A stretch of DNA of 50,176 nt from Welwitschia mirabilis. Taxonomy: Eukaryota. The stretch covers positions 7,082,965 to 7,133,140 of the forward strand of contig JBOZIK010000001.1 in NCBI GenBank assembly GCA_051453625.1, given 5' to 3'. Positions 37,280 to 50,176 of the stretch are shown here, in pieces. Both the position numbers and the translations under genes were made by a program. Below the pieces are notes generated by a model. That model did no database searches. It was given only the letters and a program-made list of their open reading frames with translations, and was not told the DNA's origin. Numbering within the stretch: the first letter of the stretch is position 1; every line of letters starts with the position of its first letter.

Positions 37280-38650
37280 TGTTAGAATATGTTAATGTTA
37301 GAAGGCTCATGTTTTATCCCACATTTACAATGATGTAAGATCATTCCAATTAGTTGGGTATTTAATCCCTAATGGATCATCATAATGATAATTAAACGCA
37401 ATGATTATTTTAGAAGATCTTTTAAAAATTAGTTTATTTTTTATCCTTTATTTATTATAGTCTTAGGTAGATCTTTCTACATAACATTGCTTATAGATTT
37501 TCTTAGTTGATATTAGAGCCAAACATAGTGGTTGTTATTTACAAGCTAAAAGCACATTAGGGTTTCCATGTTTAGCCTAATTTAGCCCTACTAATGTAAA
37601 ATCTAGTTCCACTAATATAGGTTTCTCATCCACTAGCTTTGGATACTTTTCATCGCTAGTGCAAGACTTAGGTGCAAAATTCCTAATGTGGGTAAAAACA
37701 CATCTTTATTATTTTGGCCATAGCTTTTATATATGAATTTGAAATTATTATTATAACACCATTCTATAAAGCTTGTAAATACATATAAAGAGTGAAAAGA
37801 GTTAAATCTTCTTTCATCTAGCAAGAAGTAGCTCAAACTTAGCAAGCTTTATTGATGTACCCAAAATTTTTGGTAAATTTTAATGCTATTATAGCCACAA
37901 CATTCCTATATAATTATGTTTTCAAGGTGGTTTAAATCTATAGTTTGATTTTTCTTTTCTCTTTAGTTGTATATGAGTATTTATTTAATTAGAAATCATG
38001 TTAATAAATCTTAAACAAAATGTTGACACAATGCTACATGGTAAGGAGAATTGGGAAATATGGTTCATAGATCTTAGAATAACTACAACCTTTGAAAATC
38101 TTTAGAGAAATCACTTAAATTAGATCCTATAAAGTCAATAAATGTTATAAGGCATAAAATTTTCATGTAAGTATTTTTCTTTACACAAACTACAAATTGC
38201 ATAACATGATGAATGAGAATGTTTATGATACATGGTTAATCTTGAAAGTTTTTGAATAGAATTTTGACTCTAAATATAATTTATAATTTCTTCATATAGT
38301 GAAAAAAATGATTTAAATCAAAATGTAATATGTACAAGAACATAAAGTAATCAACATGTTGAGGTTGATTAAATAGATCAGTAATAGAGTTTTCAGAGAT
38401 CAAAGTTTTACATGGGTTTTTCTCATTTAGTTCTGTTTATGTATTGTAGATTAAAAAGATTTTTTAATCAAGAATGCAACTTCATGGTATGTTGAAAGAA
38501 TTTACTTTTTACATTTTAATGATAATCTCTAATGAGATCTTTAAAAATTATTTTATCACATCTAGTCAAAGTGATAATGTTGATGTTACATTTAACATTG
38601 ATCTTAGTGATGAAGCAAAATTTTGTTAGTCCTCTTAGAACAATAATAGA
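37280..38650 (+). mobile_element. Heavily deleted Ty1/copia remnant (short LTR, Met PBS, protease trace)
   Basis: TGTTAG..ATCCCACAT LTR-like start; TGATATTAGAGCC at 37508-37520 resembles the Met PBS TGGTATCAGAGCC; WFIDLRITT (~38061) resembles copia protease WxxDSGAT; HVEVD-like motif at ~38355. Confidence 0.45.
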
Positions 38651-41600
38651 GGTATAGTATTGCATTACCAACTTGCATATATTTGATAGGATGTTTTCAG
38701 TAGTTTTGCAAGATATTAGACAGGTTTATGCTAGATTTCTATAATAATGAATAGCTGAGATGAAAGATATAAAACATGCAAGTTCCATGACATTTTACAG
38801 CACTTAGAATAGTTCATAATACTTCATACTTTTGAGAGAAACTTATTGCAAACATTGAGGATAATGCATTGGATGAATACTTGTAAAAGCCTATTATCTA
38901 CCTTATCATCTAGATGATCGTAGATGACAGAACAGTTGAAGCCAATGAGAATGCTAACTATGATCAATTTGGTAGATGACATTGATTATTTATGAGGTGG
39001 CACCGTCCCTCGTATCATTTGAATAACCAGCAGGATAACATCTATTATAATGTCCTAATGAACATTCACCTAACTCTTTCCATTTATGTATATGTCTCTT
39101 ACATAACCATTAAGATTATGTCCATGTCTATTTGTCTATTTTGTTGTTCGTGTGTTTGTTGTCAATAAGTATTGATTCTGCCCTTGACTCCATCTTATTT
39201 TCGCTTACACAAGAAATTCTTGTCGCAAGAGGTCAAAGGGTTAGAGATCCATCCTTGATAGTTGCAGAAAGACGTCTCCCTTCATGTTGGATTGTACTTT
39301 TTCCATTAAGGTGCAAATACTTTATAACATAGATATGGTTTGGCTTTTAATATAAAGACTCTCTTTCATTTTCTATGCTTGTTGTTACTTATTCCTCATA
39401 GTTTATGTTGCTTCTGATTCAATGACAGTTTCTTGAGTGATATAGATTATGAAGGCAACCTTTATTAAGGTTGAGCATTATTAGTTTAGGTGCATTATTC
39501 CTTTTTCTTCCTAGATTAACTTTGCATAATTGTGTTGCATTATACTTTTCTACATTGCAATTTATTTTTCTTACTAGAATATATAAATTCTTCTTGCAGA
39601 AATCGATTTCCTTTCTTCTAGCCTAGGACTTTAATGGATTACTACATTTGAACCAACTTTCATCTATATTAGTGTATTATGTTATGCAAGATATCTATTT
39701 TATTTGTGAATGATAAGATCTTTGTGAGCGTAATCATTTGCATAAATACATACTGCAACATCTTAGCATCATTATTAGGGCAAGCATCTTGAAATTTGAG
39801 AGTTATCATTGCTTAGGTAAGTATTTGGATTTCAATTTGGATGTTTGCCTATAGAAGCACTATAGTTTTAGCTATTATAGTATAGGTTTTCTTTTTATAG
39901 ATTTTCTTTTTGCATTCTAAAATAAAAGTTGTATTATCTACTTCATTGTCTAAATGATGTGCAGTGATGACGGCCTCTATGCCTTAAGTTTTCATCTTTC
40001 CATTTTCTCAAAAATTTTTAGGGTTTTTCTTATCATTCCCTCTATTATCTAGATGACTCAAAAGGATAACAGTCTACTTTTTGTGTTTTTAGTGTTTGTT
40101 ATTTTGCATTTTCATTTTCTGCGTTTTTCATTTTTTTGGCGTTTTCTATATTTCTATTGTCTAGACTATCATCTAGATCCCTACAAGGACGACACACACT
40201 AAACATCAAAATGAAGCATGTATGATAAAATCTAGTAAGAAAGAAAAATACCAAAGAGAGTAGCTATTCATGGAGGAAAATATCTAAGAAGGTTTGATCA
40301 ACTTTGAAATTAACTCAGGTATGCACAGCAAAGGTACACAAAGTTTAAAAATTCTAGAAATTTCTATATTTATTTCTTCAAAGTCTAATTTTTCAAGATA
40401 AAATTTTTCAAAAGATTGTTTCAATAATAGTTTCCAATTTATAAACATGTCTATATTATTATTAAAAAAAAAGGAAACCACTTTACCTAATCTTCCCCTT
40501 ATCATTAGAAGCCCTACAACTACAGTTTTTAAACCTAATGTCAATGTCAACCTTAGAGAACTGATTGCTAATAGAAAATGTGAAATCCAAACCCCTTTTA
40601 ATTTACCTCCTGATAATGATGTCAAATGTAGAAACCTAAATGCTTATCCCATTTTTAGTGATGAATTTGATGAAAATCCTTTACAACACATTACCAACAT
40701 CAAACAGTTAGTGCTCATTTTAGGAAAGGGTAAGAAAAGAATAAGTGATAGAACTTACATAGTCATTTTTCCCATTACTTTAAAAGATAAAGCTAAACTT
40801 TTATTAGAATAATTACTTATAAAAGTTTAAAAAAGCATAAGATTTCAATGATGCCAACAGACATGAGAATTAAGCAAAAAGATGGTCATCATTCATCACA
40901 CTCATGTTAAGAAGTCAACCTTTGCATGTAGATGTTCCCACTTAAAATAGGGCAGAGTCTCCGCTACTTATCGGTAAGTTATATTTGTGATAGGTCTTAG
41001 ACCCAGATGCCCCACTAAAATAAGGTAGATGTTCCCTTGCCTTGTAGGAATCATGATTGATAGGTCACAGATGCGAACGTAACTATTTTAAATAGCCTAG
41101 ATGTCCCTTCTCCATTCAGATTTTTCCTAGTCTGCATCTATAGTAGATGCGAATGGTCGTCCTCTTTGAGTGTAGATGTCCTCACACTCTTAGTAGTACA
41201 GACATCCACACTACCTTAAGGATGGACGTCCACCCCCTAGGAGTAAGAACGTCTCTAATTCTTAAGGTGGACGTCCTTCCTTTAAATAGTTGAAGAAACA
41301 GTCTTCTTCAGGCAAAAGCATGGTGATTTTCAATGGTTATTCTATTCTGGTGCATCATTTAATTATATTGGAAATATGAATTTTATTGGAATATTAGATT
41401 GACATGAATTGGAATCATCATTTAGGGTTTTCCTTTAACAGTTNNNNNNNNNNNNNNNNNNNNNNNNNNNNNNNNNNNNNNNNNNNNNNNNNNNNCCTCA
41501 AACTAATCTTTGGTAATCTGTTTCAATTTGTAATCCTATCTTATATATTTATTTAGAGTAGATCCTACACTATTGCATCTGTGATGGAGATACATCTCAT

Positions 41601-41660
41601 TTTTCTTCTATTCTTTCTGTGGTTGAGTCTGAGCCATTAAAAGACTTCAAGTGTAAGAGG

Positions 41661-41809
41661 TTGATGATAAGATTGGAAAATCATCAATGTTATATGTAAG
41701 GTTGATGATAAATCTGGAAAATCATCACTGTTGTATGTGAGGTTGATGATAACCCTGGAAAATCATCACTGTTGTAAGAGGAGTTAATGATCAGCTAGAA
41801 AATCATTAG
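41661..41809. repeat. Four 41-bp tandem units, each containing a TGATGAT-N11-ATCATCA hairpin (5' LTR of E)
   Basis: Units start at 41661, 41702, 41743 and 41784; the array recurs in the 3' LTR at 47643, 47683, 47724 and 47765. Confidence 0.88.
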
Positions 41810-42090
41810 TTCAAAAGTGATAAGGGAATCAAGGAAGAGAACATCTTGTCTTTTCTTGAAGAGTGGAGTAGGAACATTTCTAAACCACTATAAATCTTAT
41901 CGGCTAATTATTTTTTTGGTTTGCTATTTTTCTTAGATTTATTTTTATTTGTAAAGATAATTAATTTTGTTTTAGAATTAGGTTTTAAGTTTAAAATTAA
42001 TTATTATTTATAATTACCCCCACTCTAGGAATTTAAATTGCTATCAAAGCAAGATTACTCTTAATAGAGCTTTACCACTCTGAGTGATCT

Positions 42091-44790
42091 AATAGAACCT
42101 ATCACTGATAAAGATCATTCAATCTCAAGGCCATCATATTTCAATGGGTCAAACTATTCCTTTTAAAAGACTAAAATGATAATTTTTCTAAAATCTCTTG
42201 ATTTAAATATCTAGGATAGTATTGTATGCGATTACATTGAACCCGCTATTCCATTAACAAGTTGGTCTAATGGACAGAAGAAGGAAGTAAGGCTTAACGT
42301 AAAAGTAATGAATGCATTCATTTTGCCCTCAGTCCGGAGGAGTATGGCCAAGTAGTTTAGTATTCCTCTACAAAGAAAATTTGGGATATTCTCAATATCA
42401 CTCATGAAGGTATAAGTATTATGAAAAATTCCAAGTTACAATTCTTAACAACTCAATTCAAAAATATTAGAATGAAATAATAGAAATCTATCACTAAATA
42501 TACAACCAAGGTCACAGACATTGTGAATACAATGTGGTCTTGGAGAAAAGATTCCAAAACAAAGATTTGTGTGAAAAATCTTAATAATCTTGCCCAAGTG
42601 TTTCAGACCAAAGATTATTGTGATAGAAGAGAGTAAAAATCTAGATATCATGAGTTTAGAGGATCTCAAAGGATTATTAATTGCATATGAAGCTAACATT
42701 ATGGATGATAAGGAATCTAAGATAAAGAATACTACCTTGAAATGTTCAAGTCAATGCAAAGAAGGTTTCAATAATGAAGAAGATGATGAGGACTTAGTCC
42801 TTTTGGCTAAAAATTTTAGAATATTTCTAAGAAAATGAAAAGACCTTGATAGAACAAGATTTGATGCCAATGAGGATCAGTTTGAGAAGAAAGATTCATT
42901 TAAGAACTTTGGTAGAAACAAGAAGCCTTTACAATTCTTTGAGTGCAAGGGATTTGGACACACAATAGCGGAATGTACCAACACATGAAAATCAAAAATC
43001 AAAGGGAAGAAAGCACTCAAAGTTACTTGAAATGATTAGGAAGAATCTAATTTAAAGACATCTTAAGATGATGAAGAGAAGTGTGAATTACTAGCCATCA
43101 TTGATGAGTATGCCTTTATATCAACCCCCAAGGATCAGCATGCAATCTCTAATGAGAAAGAGGTAATATCTAGAAATTCTGAAAATATTGAAAAATCTTA
43201 TGAATAATTATACTTTCTTTGAGAAGGTCTAGCTTGTAAAAATAAGGATTTAAGATCTAAATTATTATCTCTATAAACTAAACTTGACTTGGCCAATAAA
43301 GAGTTAGATAATACTACTGAAAGTCTTGCAAGGCAAATAAAACTATTTATCTTTTATCAAAAGAATTAGAGGATGCAAGAAAACTCAATGCTTCTACCTC
43401 ATATCACTCTAACAAGGTAAAATCTGATCATAAGAGGTATGCTTTGAAGTCAAATAATTTAAATTCTTTTCCTATTTGATGTTTCTATTATGGAGGCCTA
43501 GGACATGTTGGATTTTCTTGTCCCATAAAAAAGGAAAATTTTTCCATTATACAAGTGACAGGTTTTTGTAGAAATCAAAAGCAATGAATAATCAACCTAT
43601 CATTAAATAAATATGGGTTAAAAAGGAATCTGTCAAGAGATTGCTTATTCAGACCACTCTTGAAGCAAGGGAGCATTCTAGATGGTACTTAGACAATGGA
43701 TGTTTAAAACATATGATAAGTGATAAAAGACGGTTTCACACACTTATCAACTATGATGGAGGAAAGGTTTCTTTTAGTGATAGTTAAAAAGCAGTCATCA
43801 AGAAAAAAGGTATGGTTTGTGAATTTGATCTTCCAAAAATTGATGATGTTTTGTATGTAGAAGGTCTTAAGCATAATCTATTGAGTATTGCTCAAATGTG
43901 TGATAGAGGGAATATAGTTATTTTTGATAAAAATAAGTTTGTGATAAAGAATGTATTTAGAAATAAGTAACTTTTAATTGTTCATTGTATAAGAAACTTG
44001 TATTCTATAGGAGGTAAATCTAGTGCTAAAGAGTTGTGTGGTTTTACTCAACTAAGTCAATAACATCTCGGGCATAGAAGAACGAGTCTTTCAAATGTTT
44101 CAAACTTAAAGACCATCTCTCAATAAGAGTTAGTTAGAGGTTCATCCAAACTTAGCTTTTTGAATTCTACCTTGTTTGAACAGTGTCAAACAAGCAAAAT
44201 CATAAAGTCTTCTTTTAAAACCAAGTCTAATATATCCCCTTAAGGGCCTTTAGAGTTGTTGCAGTTAGATTTAGGAAGGGCTAGAAAAGTTCAAATTCTA
44301 AATGATAAAAGATATTTTATGATAATTAATAATTTTATTCACTGTACATGGATTGAATTTTTACTTTCTAAACTTGATGCTTTTGATAAGCTTAGTTATC
44401 TTTCCAAAATATTTAGAATAGAAAAAGCTTCACCATTAATAAATTTAGGTCTGATCATAGAAATTTTGAAGCTATTAATTAAAAACTAATACTTGAATTA
44501 TTAAAGGTTATGCATAAAATCTTGCTTAGAGAGCTCAATTTCCTTTTATTCTTGCAGTATGAAAAGATCAGGAATGGTGTTATTCCTAGCCAATCTAAGT
44601 ATGCTAAAAAGTGTGTAAAGACATACAAACTTAATCAAGCTAAAGGGGTTTACACTCCCATGTCCACATCCCTAATAATTTAACTTGATTGTGTGTCACT
44701 AGATAGATAACTTAGTGACCTATTTATCAAGCCACTTTTAGAAGTGAGATTTGAGATTTTAAGAATTCAGTTGGGCATAGGAACATGCCC
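42091..44790 (+). pseudogene. gag-pol: Decayed SIRE gag-pol (gag with two zinc-knuckle remnants, protease, partial integrase, RT/RNase H scraps)
   Basis: Gag: SRPSYFNGSNYSF*K, IWDILNITHEG, PKIIVIEESKNLDIMSLEDL. Knuckles: FECKGFGHTIAEC, CFYYGGLGHVGFSC. PR: WYLDNGCLKHM (~43683). INT: PLELLQLDL. RT/RH scraps: TPMST, SDLFIKPL..RFEILRIQLGI. Confidence 0.9.
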
Positions 44791-45285
44791 AACTGAGGTA
44801 TGATTTTTTGTNNNNNNNNNNNNNNNNNNNNNNNNNNNNNNNNNNNNNNNNNNNNNNNNNNNNNNNNNNNNNNNNNNNNNNNNNNNNNNNNNNNNNNNNN
44901 NNNNNNNNNNNNNNNNNNNNNNNNNNNNNNNNNTTTTTATCATTGGATCTCCCTATCACTCTAGGGATCCAAACGTTTATCCCTTAGGAGTCTAGATGTT
45001 CATCCATCTAAGAATGGGTCTTAGGCTGAGTGGAGGTCAGACGTCCCTCTCTTAAAAGGCTAAATGTTCACTTGGCAGATGCAAACTTGCATTTTATTCT
45101 ACAGAAACCATTCTCGATCATTTGCCTCTATAAATTTAATTGTCCCCTTTGTCTTTTGTCTTATCCTATCACTTTCTAGTGATTTAATCCTAAGAAGTAA
45201 GTGCTCCTTTCTTAGTTTGTTTTCTTGGTTTTTTTTTTCCTTCTTCGATAGCTTGTTTCTTTACTTCTTCCTCTTCGTTTCCATC

Positions 45286-46313
45286 ATGCCAAGGCCAAAT
45301 ATTCCTATCTCAAGAAAGAATAGAGGCACAGATAAGGAAACAAAGCCTATTTTTGTGACTCCTAGAGCAAAGGCAACATGGACTCAAGGCTTTAATAAAA
45401 AGCCTCTTTCTCTAGAGAGGGTTATTTTGCAAGACACTTTTAGACATTTTTCAATCTCATACCTAGGTTGGAAGAGTTATGTTGGACTTATATTTTAAAA
45501 CCTCATACTCATATTTTGGTGAATTTGATTTGTATGTTTTACTATAATGATTCCTATTAGCATTAGTAAAATTAATTTATTTCAAATCTGTATGGTGTTG
45601 AAATTGAGATTGATCTTGAAATTATTGTTGATGCTACTGGGTTTTCATTAGACTGTGTAGATTATGTGCATCTCTCTTTAGTATCAGTTTTAGATAGTTT
45701 AGTTCCTAGAAATGAGCTTAATGAAGTTTTGTATGAAAGACAAGAGGAATGATGAGCTATTATTCCGACTCAAGTTTGAAGCTAATCTTTAAGATACTCT
45801 TTTGGATTATTTCTAGTAATCTCATTCCAAAGCTTAGCCACATGGATGAAGTGTCTCCTCTATGTGCTTATGTTATGTATTGCTAATTATCAAGGAATCT
45901 AACTCAACCTACCTCAATTGATTCTATAAAACATGGCTTCCTACACATCTATGAATTTAGCAGCACTACCATATGGAGGCCTTATCACTAAGATATGTCA
46001 TAACTAGGTAGCTCTACCAAAGATCGAAGATGAAATTCTAAAATTTGTAAAGCCATTTGATAAGTCCTCTCTTATCTGGATGAGAATTATGAAAGGATTC
46101 ACTCCTGCAGCCCAGGCTTCTCCTCCTACTAGGCGATTCAAGTGCATGCGACCTAGTGATTCTTCAAGGGGTACCTTCTTAACTAATAAATGGCTTAAAA
46201 AAATCTCATCTTAGTTATCTAAGATAAAGAAATCTCTTATTGATTTTGGTTTGGAGGTGGCATTGACATTTTGCAGCAGTAGTAGAAGTGAAAATGTGGT
46301 GGAATCTAGTTAA
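45286..46313 (+). pseudogene. Sirevirus env-like ORF (decayed)
   Basis: Lies between pol and the 3' LTR: MPRPNIPISRKNRG..LGWKSYV, LICMFYYN, IISSNLIPKLSHMDEVS, NLPQLIL..LPYGGLITKI. Confidence 0.8.
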
Positions 46314-46964
46314 ATGCATCTTCATATTTCTTTCATCTTTGTGTTTTCTTCTAGTTTTTTTAGCTCTATCTTTGTGTCTTTATTTCTTTGTTTCTTTGTG
46401 TCTTTAAGTCTATTATGTTTATGTGTTTATCAGTTCAAGCTGACTCTTATGTACTTTAAACTGATAAATATGTAAATCATCTTTTTGTTTAATGGTTAAT
46501 ATAAAATCTATTATTTTCATCATGTATGTTTATTNNNNNNNNNNNNNNNNNNNNNNNNNNNNNNNNNNNNNNNNNNNNNNNNNNNNNNNNNNNNNNNNNN
46601 NNNNNNNNNNNNNNNNNNNNNNNNNNNNNNNNNNNNNNNNNNNNNNNNNNNNNNNNNNNNNNNNNNNNNNNNNNNNNNNNNNNNNNNNNNNNNNNNNNNN
46701 NNNNNNNNNNNNNNNNNNNNNNNNNNNNNNNNNNNNNNNNNNNNNNNNNNNNNNNNNNNNNNNNNNNNNNNNNNNNNNNNNNNNNNNNNNNNNNNNNNNN
46801 NNNNNNNNNNNNNNNNNNNNNNNNNNNNNNNNNNNNNNNNNNNNNNNNNNNNNNNNNNNNNNNNNNNNNNNNNNNNNNNNNNNNNNNNNNNNNNNNNNNN
46901 NNNNNNNNNNNNNNNNNNNNNNNNNNNNNNNNNNNNNNNNNNNNNNNNNNNNNNNNNNNNNNNN

Positions 46965-48017
46965 ATTCAAATAGGGCAAATGTTCCCTCTTCTTACAGGA
47001 ATCATGATTAATAGGTCTTAAATGTGGACATCCCCATTCCAAACAGGTCATACGTTCCCCTTCATTCAGATTTTTCCTAGTTTGCATCTGTGATAGCTGT
47101 GGATATTTATTCCCTTCGAGGGTGGACATTTCCACACTTCCAGTAGTATGGAAATCTACACTATCTTGAGGGCAGACATCCACCACCCTGGGAGCAAGGA
47201 CGTTCCCAATTCTTAAGACGGGCGTCCTCCTTCAAACTGCTAGAAAAACGATCTTCTTCAGGTGAAAGCACAGCAATTTTCAATAGATATTCTCTTTTGG
47301 TACATCATTCAACCATATTGAAGATATGAATTTGATTGGAATATTAAATTAACATGCATTGAATTCATCATTTAGGGTTTTCCTTGAATAACTATTTTTC
47401 TCTGCTCTTTAAAATGGGTAAAAACTGTCTTGTTAAGGTTAATGATATACAAACGCATATACAGTTTTGTGAAGAGAACTAAAACTAATCTTTGGTGATC
47501 TATTTGTGATATGTACTTCTATCTTATATATTCATTTGGAGTATATTATACATTATTGCATTTGTGCTTGAGGTACAACTCATTTTTCTTCTATTCTTCT
47601 ATGATTGAGTCTGAGCTGTTAAAAGACTTTAAGTGTGAGAGCTTGATGATAAACCTAAAAACCATCACTGTTGTGTGTGAGGTTGATGATAAGCCTGGAA
47701 AATCATTACTATTATGTGTGAGGTTGATGATAAGCCTAGAAAATTATCATTATTATAAGAAGAGTTAATGATTAGCCAGAAAATCATCAGTTCAAGAGTG
47801 ATAAGAAAACCAAGAAAGAGGACATCATGTCTTTCCTTGAAGAGTGGAGTAGGAACATTGCCGAACCACTATAAATTTTGTGGAATGATTATTTTTCTAT
47901 TTTTCTATGTTTTTCAAATTTAATTTTTATTTGTAAAGCTGATTAATTTCATTTTAGAATTGGGTTTTGGGTTTAAGATTGATCATTATTCTTATTTATC
48001 CCCCTTTAGGAATTTCA
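46965..48017 (+). repeat. 3' LTR of Sirevirus E (5' end hidden in gap 46535-~46965)
   Basis: Colinear with ~41015-42036. Confidence 0.9.
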
Positions 48018-50176
48018 TAAAATCATGGAGTCAAGTTTAAGAAGATTTTATTAAAATATTTATAAGTAAAACCACCATTAGAAAACATAAGAAAGAAATA
48101 ACCAACTTCCAATAATAGTGTCATGAAGATTATGCCCCTACCTATAAGATATTTTTTGTTGCTTTATATTTGAAACCTGTAGATGCTTTTTCTCAAGAAG
48201 AATTGGTAGACTACTTTTATAGTGGACTCAATAGTCAAACATAGTAACTAGTTGATTTTTTAAGTGGAGGAAATTTCTTAAACCTTAATTTAGAAAATGC
48301 TTAGAAAGTGTTGAAAGAGTTAGAAAGTGAGTTAAACTTGGCCTAAACCCTTATCTAGGGAAAACCAAATTATAGGTCAAATTATTAAAGATCTTAAGGA
48401 TTTTAAGCAAGAAAAAGAAGAAATAATAACTAAAAATAAACCAATAAATATCATTAAGGATATTATATAACTTTAAAAAAATACATTTAGATGATTTTAG
48501 ATGCAAAGGTAGTAACAGAAAAGAGTGTAGTTGTAGCTTCAACTCGTGATTTATGTGAAGATAACTATCATGATACAAAAGAGTGTCTTTTACTTCCAAC
48601 ATACAAAGAAAGAATTTATGAAGAAGTATGTGTCATCAACCAAATGTTCTCAAACTTTAATCAAAATCAAAACCACAGTCAAATCCAAAATCACAACAAT
48701 TTTCAGCCTAGGATGAATGGACAACCAACTCTAAAAATTTTTAAATAAATCATCCTAATTTCCAACCATTTAAAAAGAGATTTAAGAACATAAATTTCTA
48801 TTCAAATAATTCAAATAATTAGCAAGCTCATCTAACTCATAAAACCAAGATTATTCACTTAGAAATTCCATTAATAAGTTGAGAAAAACACAAGAAAGAA
48901 TAAAGTCCAACATTAAAAATCTTATGAGTATTTTGCAATAAATCATGCTTACTAATTAAAGACCACAAGGGTTACTTTTCACTCAATCTATACCAAATTC
49001 AAATAAAGTTAAGAAAGATTATAAAATGGTGACAAGAAGTGAAAATAAAATAACACCTACCACCCAGGAGATTTCAACATCTCAAATTGATAAAAATAAT
49101 GTAGAAGAGGATAAAAAAATTTTAGAAAATAATTTTTTTCCTTCTCCTTTAAGCAATAAATAGAAAAATTCTTCTCATAAGAAACCTACTACCACTTGGC
49201 TTAATATATTGAACACAAATCCTATCTTTGATGAACATTTAAAAGACTTAATGCAAAATGTGAGTATCAATTTACCATTTTGGAAACTTTTACAAGAGAA
49301 CCCCAAGTATCCTAAACTATGGAAATATCTAATTATAAGTAAACAAAAATAAACCATCCCTAGTAAAGTCTTCCTAGCATAATCCATTCATAACTTAGTT
49401 TTACTTAAATTTCTAAAGTTTAAAGATCCAAGGGTAGTAACTATTAGTGTTACTTTAGAGGGAAAGAAAAGAATTAAGAAAGCCTTGATTAATATTAGAG
49501 TTACTGTCAACATTATACCCTTGCACATTTGTCAATTACTTAGTTTGAAAAATAGAATAAAGCCTATAAAGATTATCTTAAAATTGGTGTATACATTTAT
49601 TAAGAAACCTTTAGGAGTTATTTAAAGATTTAGTCATTCAGATTGAAGAATCATTCTACCTCATTGATGTTGTAATAGAAGTTGAGTATAATGATGATTA
49701 TCCTTTACTACTAGATAGAGCTTTTTGTGTAATAGCCCATTGTATTATAGATACAAGAATAGGTTTGATGTAGTGTTATTTAGGAAATAAGAAGTTTTCA
49801 ATAAGAGTGTTTAACATGGCTAAAAAAGATTTAGGAAATGATTTGAATATGGAAGAATAAATAAAGCCAACTTTATTTTTATAGCATAGTCCATTTTAAG
49901 AAAGATGATCAATGCTTCACAAACTAACTTTATTTGATGATCAACTAAAAGTAAATAACTTGAATGTTTTTGATGAAGATAAACTTGATTTTATCCATCT
50001 GGAAAATGATTATTTTGATTAAGAAAGCATAGAGATTGTGTTTGTCAATTATGCAGAAGTCTGAGATCTAAGAAAAACTGAGATTTCATATTTTCAAGGT
50101 GGTCATCCACTACTAACATCTAAACAATAGTCTAAAACAACAATGGACTTCCCTAAAATTTAACAAAAAATAAAAA
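48018..50176 (+). pseudogene. gag: Continuation of gag-protease-tail of the third family B copy
   Basis: YFYSGLN, SGGNF, RDLCEDNYHDTKEC knuckle, KFKDPR, ALINIRVTVNIIP (~49482), PLLLDRAFC, then the same tail start as B units 1 and 2. Confidence 0.87.

Larger units (their letters stand above)
40833..48017 (+). mobile_element. Element E: Sirevirus (SIRE) Ty1/copia with env-like ORF, pol internally deleted
   Basis: LTRs ~40833-42036 and gap-48017 (ends AGGAATTTCA). TSD TAAAA at 40828-40832 / 48018-48022; the 5' TG is absent. Met PBS TGCTATCAAAGC at 42039. Host gag YKSLK|SWSQV rejoins across the insertion. Confidence 0.9.
38658..50176 (+). mobile_element. Third, more diverged family B copy, interrupted by Sirevirus E and running off the window end
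   Basis: LTR 38658-39760 (TATTGCA...TGCAACA) is homologous to the B LTRs, with PBS-like TAGCATCATTATTAGGG at 39764. Gag occupies 40221-40832 (ORF 40447-40812, AYPIFSDEFDENPLQH) and resumes at 48018. Confidence 0.87.

Noticed and set aside
41661..41809. CRISPR-like appearance of regularly spaced palindromes
   Set aside because: The intervening sequences are similar to each other rather than unique spacers. The array sits in both LTRs of a plant retroelement and there are no cas genes.
46492..47186. Long ORFs in the track (160-218 aa), also 6569-6787, 28617-28817 and 44759-44959
   Set aside because: Artefacts of translating through N-gaps or the GA repeat.

Overview
AT-rich, CpG-depleted plant-type heterochromatic sequence with six N-gaps, made almost entirely of old, nested, stop-riddled LTR retrotransposons. 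I see no intact host gene, RNA gene or CRISPR array. Contents: (A) a ~12.2 kb Athila-lineage Ty3/gypsy element (1049-13294, +). It has a tRNA-Asn PBS, a decayed gag-pol and an unusual ~6 kb post-pol region holding an antisense ORF, a palindromic 31-bp repeat array and a long sense env-like/extra ORF. A scrambled mosaic of fragments of the same family follows it (13295-18296). (D) An integrase/3' remnant of another Athila (18297-~21930). (C) A minus-strand Athila (~21960-37209) split cleanly by (B), a non-autonomous gag-protease-only LTR element (22941-33745) with a TSD and a duplicated internal region. A small copia remnant lies at ~37280-38650. A third family-B copy starts at 38658, runs off the window end, and is interrupted in gag by (E), an internally deleted Sirevirus (SIRE) copia with an env-like ORF (40833-48017). 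The most notable candidates are family B (no RT/RH/INT, Asn at the protease catalytic Asp in all three copies, novel C-terminal tail) and the divergent two-ORF cassette of family A. All homology calls are from motif recognition by eye; boundaries marked ~ are approximate.
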